A model generated the notes under the pieces. It was not told the origin of the DNA. It saw only the letters and a list, made by a program, of their open reading frames with translations, and ran no database searches. This document shows, piece after piece, positions 45,287-57,205 of a stretch of 64,000 nucleotides of DNA. The stretch is from Fistulifera solaris. Taxonomy: Eukaryota. Location of the stretch: contig AP026136.1 of the NCBI GenBank assembly GCA_030295235.1, positions 1 through 64,000 on the forward strand, read 5' to 3'. The stretch's first letter is position 1; the number at the start of each line of letters is the position of its first letter. A program made the position numbers and the translations under genes.

Positions 45287-46294
45287 ATGCGATTTTCTCG
45301 TATCATCACTGCAACTCTAAGTGTTGCCTCTTCACGAGCTTTTACAATTCCTCGTAACTCCTTCTCTTCGTCGACGCGCTTGTTTCAAAGCGTTCCTAAA
45401 CTGACGGATCCTTCTTTCCTCATGGATCAAGTTGATGTCTTCATTTTCGATTGCGACGGAGTCATCTGGAGAGGAGATTCCTTAATTGACGGCATCCCTG
45501 ACACGCTCGAGAAATTGCGAGCCGCCGGCAAGCGCTTGTTCTTTGTTACCAACAACTCTACCAAGTCACGTAAAGGATACAAAAAGAAGTTTGATTCGCT
45601 CGGTTTGTCAAATGTTCCTGCTGAAGAAATCTTCTCGAGTTCTTTCGCAGCGGCGGCGTACTTGGAAAAGACGCAATTTGCGGCCACCAACAAGAAAGTC
45701 TATGTCATTGGAGAGATGGGCATTTGCGAAGAGCTTGATCTGATCGGTGTTCCGTATTTGGGAGGTCCTGCCGATAAAGATTCAGTGGCCGATATGGGAC
45801 CGGGAGGTATGTTGCATGTTGATGAATCCGTGGGTGCCGTGGTGGTCGGATTCGATCGTCACATCAACTATTACAAAATTCAATACGCACAGTTGTGCAT
45901 CAATGAATTGGGGGCGGAGTTTATTGCGACGAACTTGGATGCTGTGACGCACTTGACCGACGCACAAGAGTGGGCTGGAAATGGAAGTATGGTTGGAGCG
46001 ATCAAGGGATGCACTGGACAAGAACCGACAGTAGTTGGTAAACCGAGTCCGCTCATGATCGATTATATGGAACAAAAGTTCGGGTTTGATCGCTCACGAA
46101 TCTGCATGGTGGGTGATCGCTTGGATACGGATGTTTTGTTCGGAAAAGACAACGGCTTGAAAAGTTTGCTTGTCCTGAGTGGTGTCACGTCAGAAGAGAA
46201 ATTATTGTCTCCCGAAAACAAGATCAAACCGGATTTCTACGCCGAAACAATCAATGATTTCTTTTCGCAGGTTCCCGCTGAATCGAAGACATAA
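45287..46294 (+). CDS. PGP: Phosphoglycolate phosphatase (HAD IIA), plastid-targeted
   Basis: Motifs FIFDCDGVIW, FVTNNSTKSR, FIATNLD, GKPSP, MVGDRLDTDVLFG and LVLSGVT. Signal peptide plus SRA-F motif. Confidence 0.95.
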   Translation: MRFSRIITATLSVASSRAFTIPRNSFSSSTRLFQSVPKLTDPSFLMDQVDVFIFDCDGVIWRGDSLIDGIPDTLEKLRAAGKRLFFVTNNSTKSRKGYKKKFDSLGLSNVPAEEIFSSSFAAAAYLEKTQFAATNKKVYVIGEMGICEELDLIGVPYLGGPADKDSVADMGPGGMLHVDESVGAVVVGFDRHINYYKIQYAQLCINELGAEFIATNLDAVTHLTDAQEWAGNGSMVGAIKGCTGQEPTVVGKPSPLMIDYMEQKFGFDRSRICMVGDRLDTDVLFGKDNGLKSLLVLSGVTSEEKLLSPENKIKPDFYAETINDFFSQVPAESKT

Positions 46295-47113
46295 TTTAAT
46301 GGTGCAGTACTCTTTGCATGTGCTATCAGTGCCTATGAATGTGTCACGTATCTTTACGCTATATAGTTCAAATTGAACTGTTTATGTGTAGATGAAAAGT
46401 AATTTAACCTGAAAGGTCGAAAACGAGATAAAACCTTTGTTGTATAATGTGGTTTGGAGACGACTTCTAGCTAATCAACAAGGCATAATGCGTTTCTACA
46501 ACAGAATAATCATCTTCACTCATCCCACTGAAGTTAATTAGTAGGCGAAAGACTTTCTTTTTATCAGAAACTGTAATAGTATGATTTAGATGCAATTCAG
46601 CGGTTGGGAGCACGATAATTTCCTACAGGTACTCCGTGTTAGCTTGAAACTCGCACCCTAGCTCACGACTCCTCACCAAACACATGTGTGTCTGTACTTC
46701 GTCAGAGAGCAGACCCGCATGAATTCCGGAAGAAAAACGCCATCTGGCAGCAGTCAGACTGTAGATAGAAGTGTACTCCGTTTCTGCCGGACTAATGAAC
46801 ATCGACGAATGGTTTTGATCCATGACGACACAGTCTGTCCAGTCTCCAGTCTAGACCACATTGTACTATCACTTTGACAAATGGCAGCTGGCCGATGACG
46901 ATGTCGTTTGGTGAATTCTCCTTTCGTCCAATCGCAGATGGTCGCGCAAGTTCCGACCCGCAAAACGTATCTTCTGCGCGCAGATCTGCCGATGGAGATG
47001 ATGATGGGATGTGTGTGGGATCCATCGTCGAAATCGACGCCCTCAAAATTGAATCCGCATATGCGTTGCATTTCTTGTTTCACCTGCAAACAAATCATCT
47101 ATTTTTATTCACC

Positions 47114-47944
47114 ATGATAGAAGAAAACGACTCAGTAGTTCCCTACATCGACCATTCGAGGGATACACCGAAACCAGGGCTTCGCGATCGCGCAAAGACC
47201 TGGTTTTTGAATCGTTTGTACGGGATGCTCGAAGATGCCGACGCTCACAACATTGCTCATATTATTTCCTGGCAAAAACACAGTCGAAGTTTTGTTATTC
47301 ACGACAACAAGAAACTACAAGCCATTCTTCCTAACTATTTCAACATAACCAAGACTTCGAGCTTTTTGAGGCAACTCAATATTTACGGTTTCTCTCGCAT
47401 CGTCCACGGGCCTGATGCTGGAGGGTACTACCATGAGCGCTTTCTACGGGGTATGAGATGGCTGGCTCAAACGATAACTCCTTTTAAGGTAAAGGGAACA
47501 GGAATTCGTCAAAAATCAAAGCCCCATCCTGATTTCAGCGTCATGGCACCGATCATTCTTCCTTCTTCCAATCAGCACGAGGCAAAGTCTCACATGACTC
47601 ATGATGCATCACATCCGGGATTGTCACTACCGCGCTCGCTTTCGGTTGTCTCGAACGAGGAAGATCAATGGATGGTTCCGGCATTTAACATGCCTATGCT
47701 AAGTTCGGCTCGAGGCAGTTTGAATAATCTGGTGGATACCACGCCGCTGATGGAAGAGTTGATCTCCGGAGAGCCACAGACCGTTGATCATGTCGACTAT
47801 TCCAAAACGACAGAAGAGGTCGACTGGCATTGGGAAGAAGACGACGTCCAATCTGCCATGTACGACTTGGTTCATAAGCCTGCTGGCATCAGTTTTGATC
47901 GATTTCTACAAGATCTGGCTTTCGAGGAAAGGATTCAGAATTAG
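47114..47944 (+). CDS. Heat-shock factor (HSF-type DNA-binding domain) transcription factor
   Basis: 'FLNRLYGMLED...IISWQKHSRSFVIHD...ILPNYF...SSFLRQLNIYGFSRI..GPDAGGYYHERFLRG'. Confidence 0.92.
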   Translation: MIEENDSVVPYIDHSRDTPKPGLRDRAKTWFLNRLYGMLEDADAHNIAHIISWQKHSRSFVIHDNKKLQAILPNYFNITKTSSFLRQLNIYGFSRIVHGPDAGGYYHERFLRGMRWLAQTITPFKVKGTGIRQKSKPHPDFSVMAPIILPSSNQHEAKSHMTHDASHPGLSLPRSLSVVSNEEDQWMVPAFNMPMLSSARGSLNNLVDTTPLMEELISGEPQTVDHVDYSKTTEEVDWHWEEDDVQSAMYDLVHKPAGISFDRFLQDLAFEERIQN

Positions 47945-48165
47945 GTACTTTGTAGAATGATAATTATGTACATGAAACGTTTTTGGTATGTAAAGAATGA
48001 ATTATAGTTGAGCTGAGTAATGAAATATTGCGCTCGTATGTGCAGTTCATTGCGCATTGGGTAAGTAATTACAATATGTTCAGTAGGCGTTTGAGCCCAC
48101 TCGTCCTTGTGGATCGTTCAAATAGGCCAACGATGCTTCGATTACGATAGCTTTCGATAGAAGAG

Positions 48166-48615
48166 CTAGTCAGTCATAACGATGTCTCCTTTGTCAACAT
48201 CAAGATCCTTGTTGGCAGAAAAATCTTCATCTCGAGCCGTTTCGGACAGATCCGAGGCAAAGAATAAACATCTTACGAGACCACTATGGTGGCCATATGG
48301 GTAAATAGCCTGGCGATTGTGAGGTGAGTAGTGCACGTTGAACTGCTCGCGCACTTGCTCCAACAATCGCTTCTTGATAGCGTGCTGCTGTGATTGATGC
48401 TCACTTGTTTGCCATCCAATACAAGGGAACCCATAGAGAGCCGCATCGACCGAGCTCGAGCCAAATCTATCTGAGAACCCTTTTTGAGTACACACGCCCA
48501 TGTTCTTCCGTTCATTCGCTTCGAACGCTTCCATGTTTTGTATCTCCGATTCCAGAGCCTTCGTGGCTGGGCCTAAATGTAGTCCTGACTCAATGTTGCT
48601 CCGCTTTCTTGCCAT
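48166..48615 (-). CDS. Hypothetical protein
   Basis: 149 aa ATG ORF with protein-like composition. No domain recognised. Confidence 0.5.
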   Translation of the reverse strand: MARKRSNIESGLHLGPATKALESEIQNMEAFEANERKNMGVCTQKGFSDRFGSSSVDAALYGFPCIGWQTSEHQSQQHAIKKRLLEQVREQFNVHYSPHNRQAIYPYGHHSGLVRCLFFASDLSETARDEDFSANKDLDVDKGDIVMTD

Positions 48616-49383
48616 CGATTGCTGCTATTTGACTTGTTGTAGAATGCGAAACTTCTTATGATGTTTGGAGTCGTTGTTGTAAAAATATGCTTGAAGAGAT
48701 TGGTTGGCAATATCATATTATCAGAGAGCTCTTTGGCCCTTGTGAAGGCAGCTGACAAATATAGAATTTTTACCAAGAACGTCAACCGGTGCTCAAATTC
48801 AAAGGTGATTTATAACGAAGAACACGGCTCGCCTTCTGCACTTTCCGAGTGTTTGTTCCGTCAAGCGTATCATTTAGCAGTTCGTTCTTCCGAAAGAAAC
48901 ATTTCTTTTATTCTTCCGTAAGTTTCGATACCTTCGGTCCTGATTCCGATGGCAAATTGTACAAAATACAAAACGGGAATCGGATCGAGTCAGCAATCGT
49001 CAGCACAACAGACACAATACACAAAGAAACATGACTGAAAGGCAAGAGCCAAAAGGATGATTACAAGTATATGTTTGGGATGTTTACTTTATTCTCTAGG
49101 CACGAGTCACGAGCTATGCACATTCATTTAAGTCGAAGGAGCAAGAAGTTCAAAGTAAGCCATAGTACGATCGCGTCGCACACTGACAATCGGGGCGTTG
49201 ACTGCCTTGACCGATGGATTGAGTACGAAAATTTAAGCACTGAACATTCATGTTATTGACGGTACCTTGCCGAATGAGAAAATTAAAAACACTTATCAGA
49301 TTCAAAACAGGCGTTGTAAACTCTAAGCTTCAAACGCTGAATTTCGGTTGAATATTGCTCCCTGTCGTAGATTAGAAACGACG

Positions 49384-50292
49384 TCATCCAAGCACACCGC
49401 TTTGTAGACAAAATTCGTACACGCTAGGGCGGTAATGATACAAGTAATACTCCAACTTTCCCATTGCTACGGACGGCTCGACTGTGATAGAAGCTGGATC
49501 TTGAAGTTTTGCCGCCCATTCTCGAACTTGCGAGCGAGCTGCCTCGACACGAGTTTCATCTTCGACTACCATTTCAACTTCACCCACCGCATGACCAAAG
49601 TCGGTCTCATCCAAATCAACCGTGACGTCTAAAATGGACCATGAAGTTCGTCGAGCGTATATTCTGGCTAAAGGTAGAAGCTGCGATAATAGCACATCGT
49701 TTGGAATTTTCGGTATTGTGTGATTGCGAATCATCAGCTCTGAATTGACGTCAAGAAAGTTGGGACACTCGTTGCAACGAGCCGAATTCATCGGCGAGGA
49801 GATATAAGACACAGCCTTTGCCAAAGCGGGCACGCCTTCAATTTCTACGTAAACAGTAGTCGCTGAGGCCCCCGAACCGTCACGCGGATTGCTATCGGTT
49901 CGTTGCCCTATTTTGATTTGCCACCGGCTTATGTCATCAGTAACGCCGTTCCTTTCCGGCTGACGGCAACGTAACCAGACGTTTTGTTGCAGTAATTGCA
50001 GTGAAGGGGTATCAAAGTACCAATCGGTCATCTCCATGCAATGCTGTCTCGCAAATCCCCATTGCATTAGACGCTTTTCAATGTCACACGGAACGACAAA
50101 CTTCTCTTCAATCTCAATAGTAGACGACTTGGTTGCAGAATGAGCTTCCAAATACATTGTAACACGATTTTTGACAAGAACACGCCGATATCCTCGGGAC
50201 TTGCGTACGAAAAATGCTCTGCGAAAAGCTCGCACCGATAGAATCGTCGTTGCGATGCAAATTAGACTGACGGCTACCGAAAAGACCTTCAT
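49384..50292 (-). CDS. CYTH-domain protein, thiamine-triphosphatase-like, with N-terminal targeting sequence
   Basis: EIEEKF (ExExK), DWYFDT..L.L....WLR.R, 'VDLDETDFGHAVGEVE' and 'MGKL'. Hydrophobic N-terminus followed by VRA-F. Confidence 0.85.
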   Translation of the reverse strand: MKVFSVAVSLICIATTILSVRAFRRAFFVRKSRGYRRVLVKNRVTMYLEAHSATKSSTIEIEEKFVVPCDIEKRLMQWGFARQHCMEMTDWYFDTPSLQLLQQNVWLRCRQPERNGVTDDISRWQIKIGQRTDSNPRDGSGASATTVYVEIEGVPALAKAVSYISSPMNSARCNECPNFLDVNSELMIRNHTIPKIPNDVLLSQLLPLARIYARRTSWSILDVTVDLDETDFGHAVGEVEMVVEDETRVEAARSQVREWAAKLQDPASITVEPSVAMGKLEYYLYHYRPSVYEFCLQSGVLG

Positions 50293-50544
50293 GAAACCCT
50301 CCTACGCTCTCGGGCCTTGACCTTGTTGTGTGTGTGTGTGTGACTAATTAGCTGAATCGAGTGAATGATGAATGTCAAATTCCTAACGATCATATTTATT
50401 ACCCCGTATTTGCGGTTTTGCGATGATCGAGGCTCGATGCTCGATGCAAAAGCGGGTACCGCTGCGTCGAAATGACAAAACAACTGTTTTAGCAAATTCC
50501 AAGACACGTTTCGACACGAAAGCACTGAGGAACTATTACTCCTA

Positions 50545-51208
50545 TTATTTATAGCTAGCATAGTTTAATAAAGAAAGATGTCCCATTTTGCTCAGGGTTG
50601 TGGAATATCCCTGCACTTTTGAGCGCTCTGATTGATCAGGAGATCGGATTCGAGGAGGCAGTCGATGCTTCAGAGGAGACACATTATCGACTCCGTCGAT
50701 CCAACGATTGCGGGGCTTGATCGTATCTTGAATGTCTGGAATGGAAGGCTTTCTTGCTATTTGTTTTCGCGGAGAAACGTCCCGTTCGTCGCCCGATTCC
50801 CACCGATTGTGGGGAGGGAACAATTTTCATTTTCACAACCTGCTCCAAGAAAGCCATGTCGGCACTGTCGATAGAACTATCATCATCATCGCTTCCACCA
50901 GAATCACTTTCCGATATGTCACTGATTGATGTTGAATCCACCATGTCGTCCGGAACTTCAAAGGAAATAATCTTCCGAGGAGATGATTTGTCGATTGATA
51001 GCTCATCGCGTATCTGAATCGATACACAAGTCGGTCTGTTACGACGTCTGGAAGAAGCCATGTCATACCAGTTCCTGCAAATGGAAGCATCTGTGGAACA
51101 AGGAGGAATATCGACGACTTGTCCTCGGTTTGACTTGATAAAGACTTGTTGAAGAGACGATGGTACTCTCGTACGGATGATCGGAGGAGGATGATTGCCT
51201 CTGGGCAT
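50545..51208 (-). CDS. Hypothetical low-complexity protein (probable frameshift near 50820)
   Basis: Overlapping ORFs 50684-51208 and 50545-50823. Acidic tract followed by a repeated 'NRW..G....VSP' motif. Confidence 0.45.
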
Positions 51209-52921
51209 CCTGTCGTTTTTCCACTCCTGTTTTTGAAGTAACAGCTGAAAATAAAGTTATTCCTTGAGTTTTGAGTGTTGAATGAAAATGATTTGAATGG
51301 AGATGTGGCGGAGAGCTGAGAATTTGCTGATTGTCACTTTGTGTTGTTGGTTTTCTACTCACCCAATGATTGCGACATCGTATGATCTAAATTTATTTGA
51401 AACCTTGCCATTTAGGCCACGTCGTCGAAGAACAAGCAAGAGGGCAATACAAGGTTATAGAAGACGAGTGTCTTCGTATTTAAGTGATTGGTACCGCTCT
51501 TCGAGACTCAACGTTCTAGAGTAGACGGCAGCTTTCCCTTCTGCCCTTGACCATAAGCCCACAATTTTTTTCGCGTACTAGATTCATTTGACGCTTTTTT
51601 TCTTTTTTCACCCCTGTCGTTTGGCTACACAAATGAATGAATGTCCACAAATAAGATTAAGCCCACAATTTTGCTGTTGTAGACACGAGAGGCGAAGCCC
51701 GAGGCCAACGATAAAGACGCTATGTTTGACGATTGACGATGGACGATGCTCTCTAGAGAGAACTAGCTAGATTTTAGGTACCAGGGTACCAAAAATACTT
51801 GCACGTAGCGCTATTCACAGGCCTTCAAAGTAGGTGTAAAAGTAGCACAAATGATGAAGAAAATGAGTGTGAGAACTTAATAGATGATTTATTGGATTGC
51901 GTTGCCAAATGCGGTGTGCAAAAATTATAGTCATGCATCGGTTGGAGGGAGAATCAAAAGAATGCAACGGATACAAGAATGGAATCATGCACCACAATTG
52001 GTTAGTAAATCATTTTTTTAAATCAAAAACATGCCGAAGCCCGCTCTTGGAAAAACCAACAACAATGGGCAACGGATATGAAAAAAGACTTTACTTAGAA
52101 CTTTGTACGATGGAAAGCCCAGCTGTACGCCACTTCTTCCTCCTTGCCAGCTCCATACTTGCTTCTGACTCGCGCGCCCCGCGCTTCGTACTTGGGAACC
52201 GACTCGTGGTAATCCAGTCTTGTTTGGTCTCACTACAAATACCGGTATTGGGATCTCCTTAGTATCCATATACGTTATTATACCAGTATTTTTGGGTATT
52301 AAAAGACGTGTAGAACTATACAGTCAATGACGTATGACACGCACGAGGAGCGAGGACCGAGGACCGCGATGCGAGAGGCGAGAGACGAGAGACCAAGTTG
52401 CAACAAGCAACAAGTCTATTGTAAAGGCGTTTGGCTTTAACACTCAGAAAAAACTGAGCTTGTAGGATCGGACTTTAACACACAGAAAAAACAGAGCTTG
52501 TAGGATCGGACTTTGGACTTAGGAAGTCAGACATCATACAGCAGATTAGACATCGTACATCGGAACACGGAACACGGAACGGAACACCGAACACCTCAAA
52601 CCAGTAGTACTACCGAACTTTCTGGCTAGACAAGCTAAAGAAATAAAGATTAAAAGCATTAAACCTTTCACATCGCCCTAACATAGAACCAAGAAAATAA
52701 GTCAAAATAGACGCGTTAAATTGCAGATTCGATCCAACTATCAGCCAAAGAAACGCAATGCACTATTTTCGCATTCGTTTCTCTCATCCTCACGAAGATG
52801 ATTACAGATAACGGTCGTGAATAGGCTACCAATGAATGAAAAATAGGGATGCATTTGCTGGCTTCTTCATGTCATGTATGTCATTGAGACTTTGCGAACT
52901 GTATTCACCGTCACCAGTCCA

Positions 52922-53841
52922 TCACATTCTCCCCTTAGTATCTATGTCTTTTCGCAGATATAAAAGCGCAACGCCGTCAACAAAATAGATACTATCCTTC
53001 CACGCAACACCACCATCAAATGTAAAGGGAGTGTCTTCTTTGGGGACGATGCGATACCCCATGGACTGATATAAACGTTGTGCCGCCGAATACTGTGCAT
53101 CGCAATGTAAATGAAGACTGGTGCAACCCGTTCGCTGGCTGGCTAGCCCTTCTGTAGCGGCGACGAGTAATTTCGCCAAACCACGCCGCCTAAATGATGG
53201 ATCAATCAGCAGATTACCAATCCAAGCTTCGATGGGTGTCCCAGTGATTTGACAGTACATCTTCTTCAGTGAAAGGGGAATCGGTACGGCGGGAGGAATG
53301 CGGTCGGGTAGCACTGGCTGCCAACTCACTTCAATCATTCCTATGACACGCGGTGTCGATTGTTGAGACGTGTTCTGAGTTGCCACAAGAATAGTGTGGT
53401 CTTTGTCGAGTGGAGAAGCATCGAGTGCTAGTTTCATACGCATCGTACTTTCTACCAACAATTGCAACCACCATTGATCAAGTTGATCGGCCAAAGTAGT
53501 CCGATTCTTCTTTCCATACTCGTCCATACAAAGGTCTACGATATCCGTCAAGTCTTGGGGCTCCATTTTCCGTACAGTGAGTCTCGATTCATCGTAGTCG
53601 TTGATGACAAAAGGAAGCTGTAATTGAGACGACGTCAAAGCTTTATTCGCTCCGGCGCAGCGTAATTGTTCAATATGTTTTGACGCTGTTCTTCTCGCGC
53701 TCGAAAGAAAAGTGAACATTGTGTTTTTGTTTTCAGATTTCCGTGATTAAAGGAAAGAAAAGGGGATTGTTGTGGCACTAGAAAAGCATCGTGAACAATG
53801 CACTGACTCAACAAGACGAACAAAATTCTCCGAAGAGTCAT
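52922..53841 (-). CDS. GNAT-family N-acetyltransferase, plastid-targeted (frameshift between 53640 and 53720)
   Basis: 'WIGNLLIDPSFRRRGLAKLLV', 'LHLHCD....AAQRLYQSMGY'. The upstream ORF supplies a signal peptide plus HDA-F motif. Confidence 0.85.
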
Positions 53842-54453
53842 GATTCTATGTTGTCTTTCTCGTGGAGGCCGACCAAGTGGCTCTTAAAGACGTAAAGCGT
53901 AAGATATCGTTAATGACTATCGATAGAAAGATTGCTATTGTTATTGTAGTCTAACCCCAATCAACTCGAATGTCATTGCAGCACATGCGTTTTATTATTT
54001 GTGAGCCAGTAAGAAAAGCGTAGCTGTCCCGTTGCGATGGTCAAGAAGACGGGATTTGAGAAGTCACGATCTTCGCGCAAAGCGTTTATTACGTTCATAG
54101 AAGTTCACCCTAACAACCCCGGCTTTGAGGCGGATGATGTACAAAATAGACCAACTAGTCTAATTTACTAAGAAAAATCAATTACACGAAGGACAGAGAA
54201 CAATTTGAAAGGATTCAAGAGCGAGGCCCGTAAAAAGCAGAACACTGCTGACCGAACCGGTGTATCGTGAGAATGCCTATTGATTCAGGCAGCGTTAAGG
54301 GGACCTGAGTGCCAAGAATCGATCATGACGGTTTTCGAAACAAAGTTGTGAGCTGTATATGCCGCAGAAGCCAATCACACATTAATAAAGACGATTAATA
54401 TCTCGAAAGGGGCAAAGATGGCCTGTCTTCTGTGAAAAACATCATTTCTTGAA

Positions 54454-56247
54454 TCACTCCGAGAAGAGAGTAGTGAGACTCGGAATAGTTTGCGTTCGTA
54501 CCAGAAGAAAGAAAATCAGACATCCCATCAAGGACGTTCCTGCCATAGTGCCTGTTACAATATCTCGAAATGCCGTGCCATTCTCTTCCATATGATTCGG
54601 CACATTCATTCCGACAAAACTACCCACCAATGCAGCACACGTAATACACAGCGTAAACACGCTAATCACCATGTTGGCAAACAAGAGTCGGTTTCGAACG
54701 GAATCTTGTTTCTGATTGACGAGTTCTGCTGCCGAGTCAATTTGTCCTTGAATCAAATGCAACGAGTTGGTTAAACTCAACGCCGTTTGCAAATACGATT
54801 CCAAGATAAGCTCCGGCTCATCGGATTCTTCATCCAACACTTCTTGTGACACGGGATACAAGAATCGCTCTGGGTGCGTAATCAAGCGGCTGAGATTCAT
54901 CAACGCCATGTCTTCGTCTTCATCCAATACGCGATCCAGCGACTGCACAAATCCCTTGACACGGGAGGACATTTCTCGGACGGCATCCTTGACGGCACGA
55001 ATAATTGTGAGAGGATCATCGGAGTAAGAGTTCTTAGGGTGCAGCAATCGATGAATATAATTCATAGACGCCTCTTGCAGTTCAAACGTATCCGATGCTA
55101 ACAAATTGCTGATAACATTCAAAACAGCATCGACGCATTGCAGTTCGAAAGGCAAATCGACCCATTTGTTGTCTTTAATGTCCATCCATTCGCTGGCTTC
55201 CAATGTCGGATGGGGATCATGATCATCGCTGTTGGTGTCCAGTAAATCACTTTCCGTTGAATGCAAACTACCACTTAATGTCGTGGCAGTAGGAGCTCCA
55301 GTCTCTTCTGTCATTCCTGCAGCAGGCATGTATTTATTCAACAAATTTACCTTGTTGTTGCCATGACCGCTAACGCTGACGGGATCCATGGAAGAAGGAT
55401 TTCCATGCGAACTAGCATTGTTTTCATTTTCACTATCGGCGTCATTCCAGAAACTACTGTGCATCGTATCACCCCCTCCGTGCAATCTCGTTTCCAATTG
55501 CACCAAGACCGAGTCAGCTCCATCGGGCACAATGACCAACAATCGGTCTCGCAAAACAATTGCCCGGAGCGGATCGAAATTCAATAACATGACATGTCGT
55601 CGCACGATGAGCTCGGGCTCATTCGATGCACTAAAGGGTGTCACCAATCGACGCATATCTCGGGGATGCAAATATCCTCCGAGGCGTTCGCGGTAAGTGG
55701 GGTTGGAAGTGCGTTCCGTACCCGAGTTGACACGAGGATTCTCGTTGGTTGATGCCGCACGACGTCGTTGGGGCAATTTCTTCGGTTTCGCGGCCGGTGG
55801 CAAGAGTCCGAGAGGGACGGGTGTCACCAACGCATCGCCCAAGTTGATAGATGGTTCCATACTGCTGTTATCGGACGCCACCCGCATCACCGACTTTTGC
55901 GGTGACATCGAGCGCGTTACCTGTGTATCATTGCCTTCGTCATGTGCAGACGAAGTCTTTGTAATACATTTTAAAACATGCTTATACAGAGTCCTGACAC
56001 TCCAGGCAAAATATTGTCGACTACCATTTTGATGCAATTCGAGAACCAATAGCTCTTCCAATCGCTCATTTAATCCTTCTACAGCAGAAGATGTCTGTCG
56101 AGCCGGAGGAGCTTGTGACCACGCTAAACTGCGTTTTAAATTATGTAAATTGTGCAGGGTATCCCAAGGTCGGGGAGGTGCCGCGTGGTGATCGCCATCA
56201 TGTTGATGATGCTTCGAAAAGAGAGTGCGTCGCTTCAGTGCTTGCAT
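54454..56247 (-). CDS. Mrs2/CorA-family Mg2+ transporter
   Basis: 'LHPRDMRRL', 'LPFELQCVDAVL', 'LDEDEDMALMNL', 'ELILESY', and a GMN motif between two C-terminal TM helices. Confidence 0.93.
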   Translation of the reverse strand: MQALKRRTLFSKHHQHDGDHHAAPPRPWDTLHNLHNLKRSLAWSQAPPARQTSSAVEGLNERLEELLVLELHQNGSRQYFAWSVRTLYKHVLKCITKTSSAHDEGNDTQVTRSMSPQKSVMRVASDNSSMEPSINLGDALVTPVPLGLLPPAAKPKKLPQRRRAASTNENPRVNSGTERTSNPTYRERLGGYLHPRDMRRLVTPFSASNEPELIVRRHVMLLNFDPLRAIVLRDRLLVIVPDGADSVLVQLETRLHGGGDTMHSSFWNDADSENENNASSHGNPSSMDPVSVSGHGNNKVNLLNKYMPAAGMTEETGAPTATTLSGSLHSTESDLLDTNSDDHDPHPTLEASEWMDIKDNKWVDLPFELQCVDAVLNVISNLLASDTFELQEASMNYIHRLLHPKNSYSDDPLTIIRAVKDAVREMSSRVKGFVQSLDRVLDEDEDMALMNLSRLITHPERFLYPVSQEVLDEESDEPELILESYLQTALSLTNSLHLIQGQIDSAAELVNQKQDSVRNRLLFANMVISVFTLCITCAALVGSFVGMNVPNHMEENGTAFRDIVTGTMAGTSLMGCLIFFLLVRTQTIPSLTTLFSE

Positions 56248-57205
56248 TCTTGATCGTTGCGATATTCAAGTTTAAAGAGAAAAAGACAAAAAAAACAGGA
56301 AGCTTTTCAGTTATTGTTTATTGATTTGTCATGGCAATCACCAAGATTCATTCTTTTTTATGTGCCACAGTTTTTGCGGCTGCTGGTCCCCTCGTTTAGC
56401 TACTTTGTACGAGTGGATACGACACGACTTAATGTCAATCCCGGAAACACTCTAACTTGTTTCAAGTTTATTACATCTTGCCGAAGCCCGTATTGGTAGA
56501 GAAAGTAAATGAACCTTTCTTCAAAAACAATTCGTTTTAGGCAACCTGTATTCCGTACTCCGTTTAGTTCTTGATGTCGGAAAGCATTGCGCGTCATCAT
56601 CGTTATCGTTCGTATTTACTATAGAATCTAGTGTAGGTGAGCTTTGACCAAGACTGGATTCAATCACGAAGACTACACGGCTATGAGCTATCCGTCGCGC
56701 CGACCCTTCATTTCTCCTTTCAGAGTTTCGTTCATCACATCCATCAACTTTACAGGGTAAGGTGTCAATGGATTTGGTTCTGATTCGCACGATATTCAGT
56801 CCTAGCAATAGTTTGACAAGAAAGTGGCTATGGCTTTAATTCCTGTTAGTTCGCATCAGCATAGCGCATAGCAACGACATTCATTTCACTACAGAAGCAT
56901 TGTTTTCACTCGTGATTCGTTCGATGACCTTTTGTATGATGTTGTAGGAAATAGGAACGACGTCACTTCGATTTCCGTGCCAACATGCGACTTTCATCAA
57001 TACCTACTATCAAGTAGGCTTTGGCTCGCAATAATATAATGATGCTTTATCAATTGGGGACACAATGGAATTTCAGTCCCGTAATGAGTCGACCGTAGGC
57101 GATGGTGATGACGATATGATTTGATGAAGAAATGCTTTATCGCTGAAGATAATATGATCATTAACACCGCGTTAACCGATACTGTAAAGGGAAAATCCTA
57201 CGACG

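Noticed and set aside
46874..47113. N-terminal extension of the HSF ORF
   Set aside because: The ORF-track start is non-ATG and the extension is not protein-like. The ATG at 47114 fits the domain better.
57121..57205. ORF-track start for NDUFAF7
   Set aside because: An alternative-frame ATG at 57206 gives a convincing mitochondrial presequence, joined by a 1-bp shift in an A-run.
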